Below are positions 1-9,751 of a DNA stretch of 64,000 nt, in pieces. A model generated the notes under the pieces. It was not told the origin of the DNA and did no database searches. It saw only the letters and a program-made list of their open reading frames with translations. Origin of the DNA: Candidatus Bathyarchaeota archaeon (GTDB taxonomy: Archaea; Thermoproteota; Bathyarchaeia; Bathyarchaeales; Bathycorpusculaceae); contig CAVTBV010000013.1 of NCBI GenBank assembly GCA_963733095.1, positions 256,001-320,000 on the forward strand. Reading direction: 5' to 3'. Made by a program: the position numbers and the translations under genes. How positions within the stretch are numbered: the first letter of the stretch is position 1; each line of letters opens with the position of its first letter.

Positions 1-1034
1 ATTGCTTCTGTGACGGGTAAGACTGCAACTTTTCTCTCCGTCCTTGCCCCGAGGGCTGTTTTCTGCGTTTGCAGGGCAATGGCGACGCGGTCGATTCCAT
101 GGGCGCAGCCGACTGCAGGTGTAGGTTCACCGCCGAAGGTTTCGATGAGCTTGTCGTATCTTCCACCGCCACCCAAAGCAATGTCTAAGCCGGGCATGTA
201 GATTTCAAAAATCATTCCAGTGTAGTACTCTAAGCCTCGGGCAAACGCAGGTTCAACTGCAAGAGTTAGGTCGGCACTTTCCGTTACGAGTTTGAGAATT
301 TCCGTTAAGTTTTCCACTGCCACCCTTGCTTTTTCGTAGCCTGTAAGGTAGCTTTGAAGTTGCTCAACTACGTCAAGCCAATCGTTGCCCCTTATGGCGA
401 TTAACCCTTCTAACATGTCTCGACATTTTTTGGATTCCACAAGTTTGAGTGCGGCATCGTACTCTTTTTTGTCCATGCGCTGCAGCACAGCGTTTTGGGT
501 TTTCTCGTCCACGCCATCTTGGCTTAGAATCCCGCGAATCACGCCTATGTGACCGATTTTGAATGAGTAACCATGCAGTCCCAACGACTTCATCAAATTA
601 TTTGTCAATAAAACCACTTCGGCATCTGCCTCGGGTTTGGCGGAGCCCATCAGTTCAAAGTTTGATTGCCAAAACTCTCGGTAGCGTCCACGCTGAGGCT
701 CATCGTAACGGTAAACAGTGCCTACAGAGAACATGCGTAGCGGCTTTGGCTCATTCTTAAGAGAAGTTGTAGCTAACCGCGCGATTGATGCGGTAAACTC
801 GGGGCGTAGCGCCACTTGACGCTCACCCAAGTCTTTGAATATGAACATGCGCTGCCGAATTTCCTCCCCCGACTTGGCGCTTAAAAGTTCCAGCGGTTCA
901 ACGTGGGGTGTTATGACTTCTTTGTAGCCGTAAAGCGCTGCGTTTTCTCTTGCTTTACTTATGATGAAGGTGAAGGTTTGGGCTTCTTCGCCGACTAAGT
1001 CTCTCATTCCGCGTACGGGTTGGAAAGCTGGCAT
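1..1034 (-). CDS. hisS: Histidyl-tRNA synthetase (3' end beyond window)
   Basis: Not in the ORF track because it runs off the window. Manual translation from ATG 1034 gives MPAFQPVRGMRD...ALRPEFTASIAR...YRYDEPQRGRYREFWQ...ARGLEYYTG...GGGGRYD, which are HisRS class II motifs. Confidence 0.95.
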   Translation of the reverse strand, partial: MPAFQPVRGMRDLVGEEAQTFTFIISKARENAALYGYKEVITPHVEPLELLSAKSGEEIRQRMFIFKDLGERQVALRPEFTASIARLATTSLKNEPKPLRMFSVGTVYRYDEPQRGRYREFWQSNFELMGSAKPEADAEVVLLTNNLMKSLGLHGYSFKIGHIGVIRGILSQDGVDEKTQNAVLQRMDKKEYDAALKLVESKKCRDMLEGLIAIRGNDWLDVVEQLQSYLTGYEKARVAVENLTEILKLVTESADLTLAVEPAFARGLEYYTGMIFEIYMPGLDIALGGGGRYDKLIETFGGEPTPAVGCAHGIDRVAIALQTQKTALGARTERKVAVLPVTEA

Positions 1035-1196
1035 GCATTTAGCTCCTAAACAAGCTAAATGGTGCAATTATTCTATTAAACTCTCGCTCACCGAGAATCG
1101 GCATATTTGGATCCTATTAGTGGATCTATGTTGAAACGATAGTGGTAGGCGGGGGAATTTTTTTAATTCAAGTGTGTTTAAATTGAGCAGTAATGT

Positions 1197-2000
1197 TTAG
1201 GGTTTGCATGCTTCAACTTCAAGGCGCATCATGCCTAAGTGGACGATTCCGTCGGTGTCGGCTGGGTGGTTTTTGAGGTATCTGCCAGCGATTTCTTTAA
1301 CGAACAAATCCCGTTTTTCCAAGGGTAGCTTTTCCGTGTAGGGTAGCCACGTGGTTCTTATCCACCCCGCCAACCCTTCTTCGCCAGCATGTTTCATGTC
1401 TCTGGGAAAAAGCTCTACCCGTACCGGCTTCAAACCAGCCGCAGCAAGAAAAGCGGAGTATTCTTTTGTATCGAAAAATCCGTAGGGAAACTTTAAGCTG
1501 TCAAAATATTGTTTCCATGGGATTTCGGTTAGTAGGTCGCTTAGGATGATGATGATGTCTTGAGCGTTGCCCCTTCCCGCCATCTGAACGATGAGTCGAC
1601 CTTTAGGTTTTAGGCTCCTGCGCACGCCTTCCAAGACGGGTTTCTGGTCAACAATCCAATGCAACGCAGCATTAGAAAAAACTATGTCAAATTCTTCTCT
1701 AAATGTGAGGTTTCGAGCATCCATCCCTTGGAAGCTTAAGTTTGGATAATCTTCAGTTGAAAAAGTGTTTTTTGCCAACTTTATCATTTGAGCGGAGGAA
1801 TCTACGCCGACTGCTCTGCCCTTTGTCAGGCACTTTGCAAGTCCAGCGGTGATTTTGCCGTCGCCACATCCAATGTCTAGTAGAGCTTCATTTTCTTGCA
1901 ATTTTAACTTGGGTATAAGTTCTTTTGCCCATTGAAACTGGTTCTGGGAGTTTCTAGCGTAATCTTTTGCATCCCACGAGTAGTTCTTGGGTTTACTCAT
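1197..2000 (-). CDS. Class I SAM-dependent methyltransferase (trans-aconitate methyltransferase-like)
   Basis: LDIGCGDG motif I; FDIVFSNAALHW. The likely start is ATG 2000, overlapping the endA stop. Confidence 0.85.
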   Translation of the reverse strand: MSKPKNYSWDAKDYARNSQNQFQWAKELIPKLKLQENEALLDIGCGDGKITAGLAKCLTKGRAVGVDSSAQMIKLAKNTFSTEDYPNLSFQGMDARNLTFREEFDIVFSNAALHWIVDQKPVLEGVRRSLKPKGRLIVQMAGRGNAQDIIIILSDLLTEIPWKQYFDSLKFPYGFFDTKEYSAFLAAAGLKPVRVELFPRDMKHAGEEGLAGWIRTTWLPYTEKLPLEKRDLFVKEIAGRYLKNHPADTDGIVHLGMMRLEVEACKP

Positions 2001-2571
2001 CTTCGTCTTGGTCATTCCCGATTTTGTTGAAGCTCAATGGAGAAACTGAGTAATGTACCACTTCGCCCCGCCGGTTTGTGACGGCTAGAATTAGTTCCTT
2101 TTTTTGACTGGTGCATTTGGTTAACGCGTCGGCAAGGTCGTTTACTGGGAGGGGTCTGCCTTCTTGTGTAACCATGATTAGGTAGGGTGCGGTGTCTTTA
2201 CCGTAGGTGCCCCGTTCGTAGATTCGGAAGTCTATTCCGCCGCCGAAGCCTTCTCTGACTACATAGCCTCGGCTTCTGAGGTCCCGGTAAACGAGATAGT
2301 TGACCCATGCGTTGTCATTTTTTGCTTCATAGCAGTGTAGAAGATTCTGGAAATCGATAGCTTTGCCTTTGGGGTCTTTGATTTCAAGCATACCCTTGTC
2401 CAAAAGGTACAGCGACTCGTAGAAAGTAAGGGTGAAGACTTTGTTTTCTAGTGTTCCGTAGCCACGGGAAGAGAGTGCATCAATGTTACTTTGCTCTGAA
2501 ACGATGACGCCTTTGTTTGCGAGAACGCCGCTGGTTCGAAACTCCACTAGAGCTTTTTTGTTTTCACTCAT
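1993..2571 (-). CDS. endA: tRNA-intron endonuclease subunit (probably structural)
   Basis: YLVYRDLRSRGYVV...DFRIYERG signature; the catalytic Tyr and His positions appear substituted. Confidence 0.85.
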   Translation of the reverse strand: MSENKKALVEFRTSGVLANKGVIVSEQSNIDALSSRGYGTLENKVFTLTFYESLYLLDKGMLEIKDPKGKAIDFQNLLHCYEAKNDNAWVNYLVYRDLRSRGYVVREGFGGGIDFRIYERGTYGKDTAPYLIMVTQEGRPLPVNDLADALTKCTSQKKELILAVTNRRGEVVHYSVSPLSFNKIGNDQDEDE

Positions 2572-2597
2572 CCCGTAACCACATCTTCCTGTTGATA

Positions 2598-3626
2598 CTA
2601 TAATTTTCCTTTTCTGAATTGGCCAAAATCTTTGGCGTAGATGACCCGATCTTCGGTGATGATTGCTGTGACGTATTTTAGCGGTGTCGGGTCGAAGGCA
2701 GGGTTCATGACGTTGACGCCGTTAGGAGCAATTTGTACGCCTCCAACGTGGGTAACTTCCTCGGGCTTTCTTTCCTCTATCTCGACATCGGCGGCTTTTC
2801 GGGTTAAGTCAAAGGTTGATTTCGGCGCGGCAACGTAGAAAGGAATTTTGTGTTCATGTGCTAGAACTGCGACGCTGTATGTGCCGATTTTATTAAACAC
2901 AGCATCTTGCACGATACGGTCAGCACCTACAATCACCAAGTTTATTTGGCCTTTGCTCATAACGTAGCCCGCCATGTTGTCGGTAATTAGGGTAACTGGG
3001 ATGCCATCGCGTTTAAGCTCGTAGGTTGTGAGTCTTGCACCTTGCAGAAGGGGTCTTGTTTCGTCGGCGATGACTTTGATTTTTTTGCCTTCTTCCCAAG
3101 CTGCACGGACCACACCTAAGGCGGTTCCGTATTCGACGGTTGCGAGTTCGCCTGCGTTGCAGTGGGTTAAGATTGTGTCGCCGTCTTTGATGAGGACTGA
3201 GCCGTTCTTGCCGATTGCGTGGTTTTGTGCGGCGTCTTCGTCGGCGATTGCCTGTGCTTCCGAAATGACGGCTGCCTTGATTTCGTCTACGCCTCCTGAA
3301 ACGCTCTTCGCTTTGGTAAGAACGCGGTCAACACCCCAGAACAGGTTCACTGCGGTGGGTCTTTGGCGTTTGATAATGGTTCCGGCAGTTTTCAGTTCAG
3401 CCAAAAATTTATCTTTGGTTTTTGCATTTGAGTGGTAAGCTGCCAATGCCACACCGAAACCTGCGGCTGCACCCAAAAGTGGAGCGCCTCGGACGCGTAG
3501 GACTTTTATGGCTTCTGCCATTTGGTCGACCGTTTTGATCTCTAAGGTGACTTCTTGGAGGGGAAGTTTGGTTTGGTCGGGTGTTATGACTGAGCCGTTT
3601 TGCCACTTAATCATCCGCATATGCAT
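2598..3626 (-). CDS. mtnA: S-methyl-5-thioribose-1-phosphate isomerase (eIF2B-like)
   Basis: VRGAP, RPTAVNL, THCNAG, ETRPLLQGARLT, NKIGTY, NPAFDPTP motifs. Confidence 0.92.
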   Translation of the reverse strand: MHMRMIKWQNGSVITPDQTKLPLQEVTLEIKTVDQMAEAIKVLRVRGAPLLGAAAGFGVALAAYHSNAKTKDKFLAELKTAGTIIKRQRPTAVNLFWGVDRVLTKAKSVSGGVDEIKAAVISEAQAIADEDAAQNHAIGKNGSVLIKDGDTILTHCNAGELATVEYGTALGVVRAAWEEGKKIKVIADETRPLLQGARLTTYELKRDGIPVTLITDNMAGYVMSKGQINLVIVGADRIVQDAVFNKIGTYSVAVLAHEHKIPFYVAAPKSTFDLTRKAADVEIEERKPEEVTHVGGVQIAPNGVNVMNPAFDPTPLKYVTAIITEDRVIYAKDFGQFRKGKL

Positions 3627-3689
3627 GTCCTCAAACGTGACTGTAATACCGCTATTGTGCGGGCGGGTTATGTTAAAGATTTTCTATCC

Positions 3690-4091
3690 TCAATGCTTGA
3701 AACGTTGCACTAAATCGAGGAGGTTGCCGTAGAGGTCCTCTAAAACCACATCGACACCCCATGATTGCACCTCGGGTTTTCCATAGAACTTTATGCCTTT
3801 TGCCTTGAGTGCTTTGTATTCTTTTCTGCAATCATCGGTCTCTAGTGTGAGGAAAACGTGGTCGCCTGCTTGCCTTCCTACTGCTTTGCGTTTTTCTTCG
3901 GTTGCAGCCACCACAAACGTTAGCGATAGGTCCGGTTGGTCTTTTGGCGAGACTGTGACCCATCTCATTTTTTCTGCGATGACGACGTCTTGGCGTTTTT
4001 GGAATCCGAGTTTTTCGGTGTAAAATTTTAGGGCTTCATCTTGGTCTTTGACTAGGAGGGTTATGTGGCCTATTTTGTTCATTGTCTTCAC
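3690..4091 (-). CDS. VOC/glyoxalase family protein
   Basis: HITLLVKDQDEALKFYTEKLGF ... EDLYGNLLDL. Confidence 0.85.
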   Translation of the reverse strand: MKTMNKIGHITLLVKDQDEALKFYTEKLGFQKRQDVVIAEKMRWVTVSPKDQPDLSLTFVVAATEEKRKAVGRQAGDHVFLTLETDDCRKEYKALKAKGIKFYGKPEVQSWGVDVVLEDLYGNLLDLVQRFKH

Positions 4092-4133
4092 TTACTTTTG
4101 TTAACAAAATGGAAAAGAATGCTTAAGTTTTGC

Positions 4134-4886
4134 TTAGGGGGAAGTGTCGAATGGGGATTTTAGGTGGGTAACGACTTCGACTGGGCTGTCTGCGCCTGAT
4201 TTTAGGCGTTTTTTCCATTCTTCGCCGACGGCGATGAGTGAGAATATCCCTGAAACCTCAGCTTTAGACTTTTTCACAAGGTTCACTAGCGCTTCTTGGG
4301 TTTCGCCGCTCTTAATCATGTCATCTACTACCAGCACCGAGTCACGTTTTTTGATGGATTCTTTGGGAATGTACATGGTGACTGTGACGCCTGAGTCTCT
4401 TCCGAGAATGTAGGTTTCTTCAAGGAAGGCTTTGACGCCGACTTCTTTGTTGCGTTTTGCGACGATGAGGTTTACACCTAGTGAGTTGGCGACCATGGTG
4501 GCTAGTGGGACGCCGTCGACTGCTGCCGTTAAAATCTTGGTTACACGTTTACCAGCGAAGTTGGCGAGCGCGTGGTTTGCGGCTTGCTGAAGGATGTTGT
4601 AGTCGCCGACTATTTCGGTGTTGTCAAAGTAGCCGATATCGTCAAATTTTATTCTGCTACGAAGTTCAGCTTCTAAGCCGACGAGTTTGGTGAGGACGCG
4701 CCAGAGTTGTTTGGCTCGTGTTGTGTTTGGCAGCACGTGGCCTTTGGCATAGCGGCTTAGTACGGTGACGGGTAACCCGGTTTTTGAGGCTAGTTCCCGA
4801 TAGGTGATGTTTCGTTTGTACTTTGCAGTACGTAAAAGTTCAATGGTCATTAAGCGAAGTTTCAAATCTTCTGCATGAGTGCTCAA
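4134..4886 (-). CDS. HTH-phosphoribosyltransferase (PurR/Apt-like regulator)
   Basis: N-terminal HTH (TYRELASKTGLPVTVLSRY) and PRPP-binding loop VLVVDDMIKSGET. Confidence 0.85.
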   Translation of the reverse strand: MSTHAEDLKLRLMTIELLRTAKYKRNITYRELASKTGLPVTVLSRYAKGHVLPNTTRAKQLWRVLTKLVGLEAELRSRIKFDDIGYFDNTEIVGDYNILQQAANHALANFAGKRVTKILTAAVDGVPLATMVANSLGVNLIVAKRNKEVGVKAFLEETYILGRDSGVTVTMYIPKESIKKRDSVLVVDDMIKSGETQEALVNLVKKSKAEVSGIFSLIAVGEEWKKRLKSGADSPVEVVTHLKSPFDTSP

Positions 4887-5020
4887 TTTTTCCTTTAGCT
4901 CCCTGCCTTATACACATATGAATCAATATTAAATGTTTACTCATATTGTTGCTTGACAATTTATAACTTTCCATTAAAATTTAAGCCACACTTACGAAAG
5001 GACCTTGAACAACTTATATG

Positions 5021-5392
5021 TCAGGCTGAAAATTTTGCGAAGTACACAACATCGCTCTCTTTAAACGCCCTAAGAAGTTCACAGTGACGCAGGACCGCGA
5101 ATTCGCGCTCCATCTCATGGGGCGTCATGTTCAAGCAGCTTGTCAGTTCTTCTCGGCTAATTTTTCCCCGCTCAGAAACCGTGTCGTAAATCTTTTTTTG
5201 AAGCTCAGTCAAGCCTTCGGTGCCCGTCTGCCCCAGCTGTTTGCGAACCGTTAGGGTAGCTGAAACTGCGAGGGGGTCGCATACTTTGGGTGGATTCATA
5301 AGGTCAAAGCAGCAGTCTTCACACAAAACCTTGCCTTGGAACTGGTTAACTTGGTTTTCTTCAAGGTCTACTCCGCATTGTTCACACTTCAT
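5021..5392 (-). CDS. Zn-finger plus winged-helix hypothetical protein
   Basis: CEQC...CEDC followed by an HTH-like C-terminus; likely start ATG 5392. Confidence 0.65.
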   Translation of the reverse strand: MKCEQCGVDLEENQVNQFQGKVLCEDCCFDLMNPPKVCDPLAVSATLTVRKQLGQTGTEGLTELQKKIYDTVSERGKISREELTSCLNMTPHEMEREFAVLRHCELLRAFKESDVVYFAKFSA

Positions 5393-5525
5393 GATTGTCC
5401 CTCGAGGCAGAAATAACCTTCCACGCTTATGTTTCTTTCGCAGGCATAACAACGGTTTTACTCTTGTAAAAATTAAGGTTTTTTAAATGGAACCGTAACT
5501 CCTATAGCTAAAAGGAGGACAGCCG

Positions 5526-6068
5526 ACGCAGAAACTTCAGCGACTATTCATAATTGCACTCTTCGGTTCAATAATCTTCGTAACCAATGTGTTTTTGCCC
5601 TCCCCACTAAACTACCTCATGATAATAGTCCAAGCTGTACTGCTCGCATTGAGTGCGCTTTTCATTCCAAAAGGGGGCGCCATGTACGTTGGCGCCGTCG
5701 GCGGACTCTTAACCGCGCTAGTCAGTCCCGCCCTAGGACCCTTTACATTCTTCTTCGCTTTCCTCTTCGGCGTCTTCGTAGACCTATTCCTCTTCATATT
5801 CAAAATCAAAGGCTCCCATCAAGGCGTAAACCGCAACCGACTAATCGCCGCCATGGCGCTAAGCACCCTACTCATCGCAGTCTCAAGCTACTCAGCCTTC
5901 GCCATATTCCCGCAGTACATAAACGGATTTTCCTACATCAGCCTGTTCGTCCAGAGAAGCACCATGCTCGACGCTCTAGTCCTGTTCATGGGGCCAGTTA
6001 CCGGCGGAGTTGCAGGCTATGCAGCATCCTATTTGTGGAACAAGTACCTGCGCCACATCAGCGTCTAA
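5526..6068 (+). CDS. Multi-pass membrane protein (ECF S-component-like)
   Basis: Hydrophobic helices throughout. The frame is open upstream of GTG 5589 and encodes a further TM helix; the start at ACG 5526, behind AAGGAGG, is inferred. Confidence 0.65.
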   Translation, partial: TQKLQRLFIIALFGSIIFVTNVFLPSPLNYLMIIVQAVLLALSALFIPKGGAMYVGAVGGLLTALVSPALGPFTFFFAFLFGVFVDLFLFIFKIKGSHQGVNRNRLIAAMALSTLLIAVSSYSAFAIFPQYINGFSYISLFVQRSTMLDALVLFMGPVTGGVAGYAASYLWNKYLRHISV

Positions 6069-6070
6069 AA

Positions 6071-6334
6071 TCACAAATCCCTGATTTTTTGATCAACCAA
6101 CTTGGCAACTATCAAACTAGAAATAAAAACACACCGAACCCCAAGCAGCTCGGCGAGTTCAGCGGGCTTCTGGTCCTGAGTTACCAAAACCAACTTGTGC
6201 TTACCAGCGTACTCTACCACGTCGCGGTCTTTAGCGCCCTTCAAACCACCCTCCTGTGCCGTCAAAACCTCGTAGCCTAACATCTCAAGGTACTCCTTTA
6301 AGCCAGTGTACATTTCGTCAAGCAGAATTTTCAT
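6071..6334 (-). CDS. DUF5615/Mut7-C-like PIN-fold protein
   Basis: MKILLDEM...D..VVEYA...VLVTQD pattern. Confidence 0.75.
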   Translation of the reverse strand: MKILLDEMYTGLKEYLEMLGYEVLTAQEGGLKGAKDRDVVEYAGKHKLVLVTQDQKPAELAELLGVRCVFISSLIVAKLVDQKIRDL

Positions 6335-6385
6335 GACTGTGAGTTGGTGACTAAATTATTTAGCCTTTACCTGAACTGCAACTGC

Positions 6386-7021
6386 TTAATCTATGAGTAA
6401 GATTGCAAAGGATTCAGGGTTCTTCGCAAACGGAAACGTAACCTCAATTCCGGCGTTAGCAGCTGTTTTCTTCACGTTAACTCCAACCGCATCCTCCGAC
6501 CAACGCGCAAGATTGGGGTGGACACAGATCTTTGTTTCCGTGCTGCATTTTTCGCAGAGTTGGCAGTGCCCAGAAACAAACGATATTGCTAAGCTGTAGC
6601 CTTTGTTCATCGCAGCTTTTTCCAAATCCACAACCGATTGGAGCATGTTGCGTTTGTCATCTTTCCAATCCTGCCAGAACTTGGCTGCTTTCTCCTTGAT
6701 TTCTTTAGAAACGGTTGGATCATTTTCCGCAACCATAAGCTTCGAGAGCACCTCAGGTTCAGCCTGCGCATTCGAAGTATACTTCATAAACATGGCGTAG
6801 CTGTATTCAGATACGATTTTTCGGAATTGCTCAGCCGACGGCGTGTAGGGTGGGCAGGCGAGGGTTTTGCCATAGTGGTTGCAGCCGACCTTGCATTTGA
6901 GCACCACGCGGTCTTCGACGACGACTTTGCTGGTGGGGATAATTTTGGCGTCGGCAGCCCCATTTTCGAGGGCCAATTTGACGAGGAACTGGAATTTTTC
7001 TGCGCCCCTATCAGTAGACAT
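6386..7021 (-). CDS. DUF2284 family Cys-rich metal-binding protein
   Basis: KC..GC.HYG..LACPP and GHCQLCEKC...C..P..AR.S.DAVGVNV. Confidence 0.8.
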   Translation of the reverse strand: MSTDRGAEKFQFLVKLALENGAADAKIIPTSKVVVEDRVVLKCKVGCNHYGKTLACPPYTPSAEQFRKIVSEYSYAMFMKYTSNAQAEPEVLSKLMVAENDPTVSKEIKEKAAKFWQDWKDDKRNMLQSVVDLEKAAMNKGYSLAISFVSGHCQLCEKCSTETKICVHPNLARWSEDAVGVNVKKTAANAGIEVTFPFAKNPESFAILLID

Positions 7022-7372
7022 ACATATATCACTTACCTTTCAGCCTGATACCTTCTTTTGATATAAACATTTAAGGTGAACCCTAAAAAAACCACAATGC
7101 GTTCACTGTTGCAGAAACTGGGAAGATGAACTCGAGATGCCAAGAATTTATAACTCACAATTACCAACCTATTTGGTGTCAATAGGAGATCCTTACGGTT
7201 CTATGCGGAAACTATGATCGGGGTCGAGAACCCTAAAAGAGGTAGGTATCAACTCAAAAAAACTCATCAGCGTTAGAAGTTAAATTTAATTAGCAATGTG
7301 TTTTCTTACTCAAATAAAATATTTAATATCGACAAAATGGCGAAAAAAACAGCATAAAACAAAAAGTTTCTA

Positions 7373-7546
7373 TTATCTTATGGCTTCGTCTATACTTGAG
7401 TGACGTTTGGTTCTTGTGACTTCTTTGAATAGTTCAAGGCATTCATCTTTAGTTGGTGCTTCTACACCTATGCTGCCATAAGCGCCTATGTCTATTCGGT
7501 AGTTTTTTCTTTCTCTATTTTCTAATCTCTCTTCTTGACTACTCAT
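7373..7546 (-). CDS. Small hypothetical protein (57 aa, below track cut-off)
   Basis: Manual translation MSSQEERLENRERKNYRIDIGAYGSIGVEAPTKDECLELFKEVTRTKRHSSIDEAIR; GAGGA upstream of the ATG and a TTATAAA box further upstream. Confidence 0.6.
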   Translation of the reverse strand: MSSQEERLENRERKNYRIDIGAYGSIGVEAPTKDECLELFKEVTRTKRHSSIDEAIR

Positions 7547-7744
7547 GTTGATTTTTCCTCTCTCTTCCAGTCCAGGAGCTTTGGCTAAGGGACATAGACT
7601 GCTAACAGCGGTGTTTTTTATAAGGTTACTGAGGGTTTAGCGGTAGGTCTATTATCGGGTTTATTCAGTCGGTGTCATATTTTTTCGAATTCGAATAATT
7701 AGCTGTGTTGAGGAATCTTTTTAGAAACTTGACTTGAAAATAAA

Positions 7745-8023
7745 CTAGATATCGCTGTTTTGCGGGGTTGCGGGATCTTTGGACCTGTAAACTATAATTC
7801 TGTTCTCATCTTCTTGCATTGCTAAATTATGTTTTTTTGCAAGGGCTCTTAATTTTTCTCGGTCTGGCTCGTAGATGGTGCCTTTAATGTATACTCGATA
7901 GCCTTCAGATTGGGTGTCTTTGTAGTTTTCAAAACAGACCGATGTTGGGGATAGTTCTTCGCATTGGCTTAAGACTTCTTTGAGGTAGTTAACTGCCTCA
8001 GTTCTATTCATTGGCATCCCCAA
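7745..8023 (-). CDS. Hypothetical protein
   Basis: 92-aa ORF with protein-like composition and a TTTTATATA box upstream. Confidence 0.6.
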   Translation of the reverse strand: MGMPMNRTEAVNYLKEVLSQCEELSPTSVCFENYKDTQSEGYRVYIKGTIYEPDREKLRALAKKHNLAMQEDENRIIVYRSKDPATPQNSDI

Positions 8024-8254
8024 GTAGGTTTCTTACCTTTTGCTATATAAAAGCTTGCAATAATACTGTATTTTAGATAAACCTGCATCATGTATATTTT
8101 TTACTACCCTGATTGTTAAATATATGTCGAAGTCTCAGTCTTGAACTACATATTTGATGTAACCAAACTTCTCAAAAGAGGCTGTTTACCGAAGGTTGTA
8201 GCATCAAGCTGCAACCACAACGCCTTATATTTTTCGGCGAGTTACCTGTAAGTA

Positions 8255-8405
8255 GGAATGCAAGGGATAGCCAACAAAAGTTGAGCGGATCCGGCTGTTG
8301 ACATGGAGAAGGCTTCTGCCCAATTCCCTTTTGGGCCTTATCCGGTTAACGCATGGCTTGGTCCGCTTAACTCTCCTTTTGGGCTAAAATCAAGCCGACA
8401 TTTTT
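8255..8405 (+). ncRNA. Candidate structured non-coding RNA or leader (long hairpin)
   Basis: 13-bp stem 8279-8291/8360-8372 with two G-U pairs, nested inner stems, TTATAT box at 8225 and a T-run at 8401. Confidence 0.5.
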
Positions 8406-8430
8406 CCTTAATTTTCTAGAATAGTATTTT

Positions 8431-9633
8431 TTGAGTGTGAAAAAGCATATATCATCAAACGCAAACCTCTTTGTTAAAGGCTTGGTGAACACGACGGCAT
8501 CCGCTGAAGAAAACAACAATGAAATGGTAGTTACGCCTTGGGAAGTTAAGGGCAAAGTTGACTATGAACGTCTCATAAAAGAATTCGGCACCCAACCCCT
8601 AACGCCCCAGTTGCTTGAACGAGTGGAGGAACACACTAACAAACTGCACCTGCAACTTGAACGCAAGATTTTCTTTAGCCATCGAGACCTTGACACAGTG
8701 CTTGACCTTTACGACAAGGGCACAAAATTCGTCTTGTATACAGGCAGAGGACCAAGCGGACCTGTCCACATCGGACACCTCGTTCCCTGGATTTTTACTC
8801 TCCACATCCAACAAAAATTTAAAACCCGGCTTTACTTCCAAATCACAGACGACGAAAAATACCTAATCAGCGACAACACAAACCTTGAAAAAACGGCAAA
8901 GTGGAGCTACGAAAATGCCCTGGACCTGGTCGCGCTGGGGTTCAAGCCGGAAGACACATTCATTATCTACGACACAAAAGATATCGACCTTCTCTATCCC
9001 ATCACATTGGAAGTAGCCAAACATATAACTTATAGCACAGCACGCAGTAGCTTTGGCTTCCAAGATAGCACTAACATCGGCTGGGTCTACTGGCCCGCCA
9101 TCCAAGCTGCACCCTGCTTCATACACAAAAAACTTACAGGTGAAAATGTCCCGGCCCTAATCCCGGCGGCCATTGATCAAGACCCCTACTGGCGAGTAAC
9201 TAGAGATGTAGCTCAAAAACTCGGCTACTACAAACCAGCTCAGATTCACTGTCGTTTCCTCCCCGGACTTGGTGCAGGAGGAAAAATGAGTGCCTCTCAA
9301 CCTGAAACAAGTATATTTACAACCGACCAACCCGATGTGGTCAAGAAGAAAATTTGGAATGCCTTCACAGGCGGCAAAGGCACGGCAGCAGAGCAACGTA
9401 AAGAAGGCGCGAATCCAACTATATGCAGCATATTTCAATACTACTTTTTCCTATTCGAAGAAGACAACCAAAAACTTGCTGAACGTGAACGCCGATGCCG
9501 CGGAGGAGAAATGTTGTGCGGCGAATGCAAAAAAGACATAGCGGAAAAACTCAATGTGTTCCTTCAAGAGCATCAGAAACGAAGGGAAGAAGCAAAAGGC
9601 ACCCTTGAACAATATCATATAAAGCGTGAATGA
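8431..9633 (+). CDS. trpS: Tryptophanyl-tRNA synthetase
   Basis: YTGRGPSG..HIGH, AIDQDPY and KMSAS motifs; the true start may be GTG 8485 or ATG 8524. Confidence 0.95.
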   Translation: MSVKKHISSNANLFVKGLVNTTASAEENNNEMVVTPWEVKGKVDYERLIKEFGTQPLTPQLLERVEEHTNKLHLQLERKIFFSHRDLDTVLDLYDKGTKFVLYTGRGPSGPVHIGHLVPWIFTLHIQQKFKTRLYFQITDDEKYLISDNTNLEKTAKWSYENALDLVALGFKPEDTFIIYDTKDIDLLYPITLEVAKHITYSTARSSFGFQDSTNIGWVYWPAIQAAPCFIHKKLTGENVPALIPAAIDQDPYWRVTRDVAQKLGYYKPAQIHCRFLPGLGAGGKMSASQPETSIFTTDQPDVVKKKIWNAFTGGKGTAAEQRKEGANPTICSIFQYYFFLFEEDNQKLAERERRCRGGEMLCGECKKDIAEKLNVFLQEHQKRREEAKGTLEQYHIKRE

Positions 9634-9751
9634 GTAATTAGTTTTAGCACTAAACTCAGCCAGAGAAACTTTTTCTGATCCGGAATTTATGCCCAACTAA
9701 GTTGCCAAATGCCTAAGTTTGTTGAGGTGTGGAACCTAAACCGGTTGAGGG

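Noticed and set aside
10-760. Track ORFs on the + strand (10..201, 563..760) and many similar short antisense ORFs across the window
   Set aside because: They are shadows of genuine genes on the opposite strand (here hisS); the same applies to the minus-strand ORFs within 62981-63750, opposite the primase.
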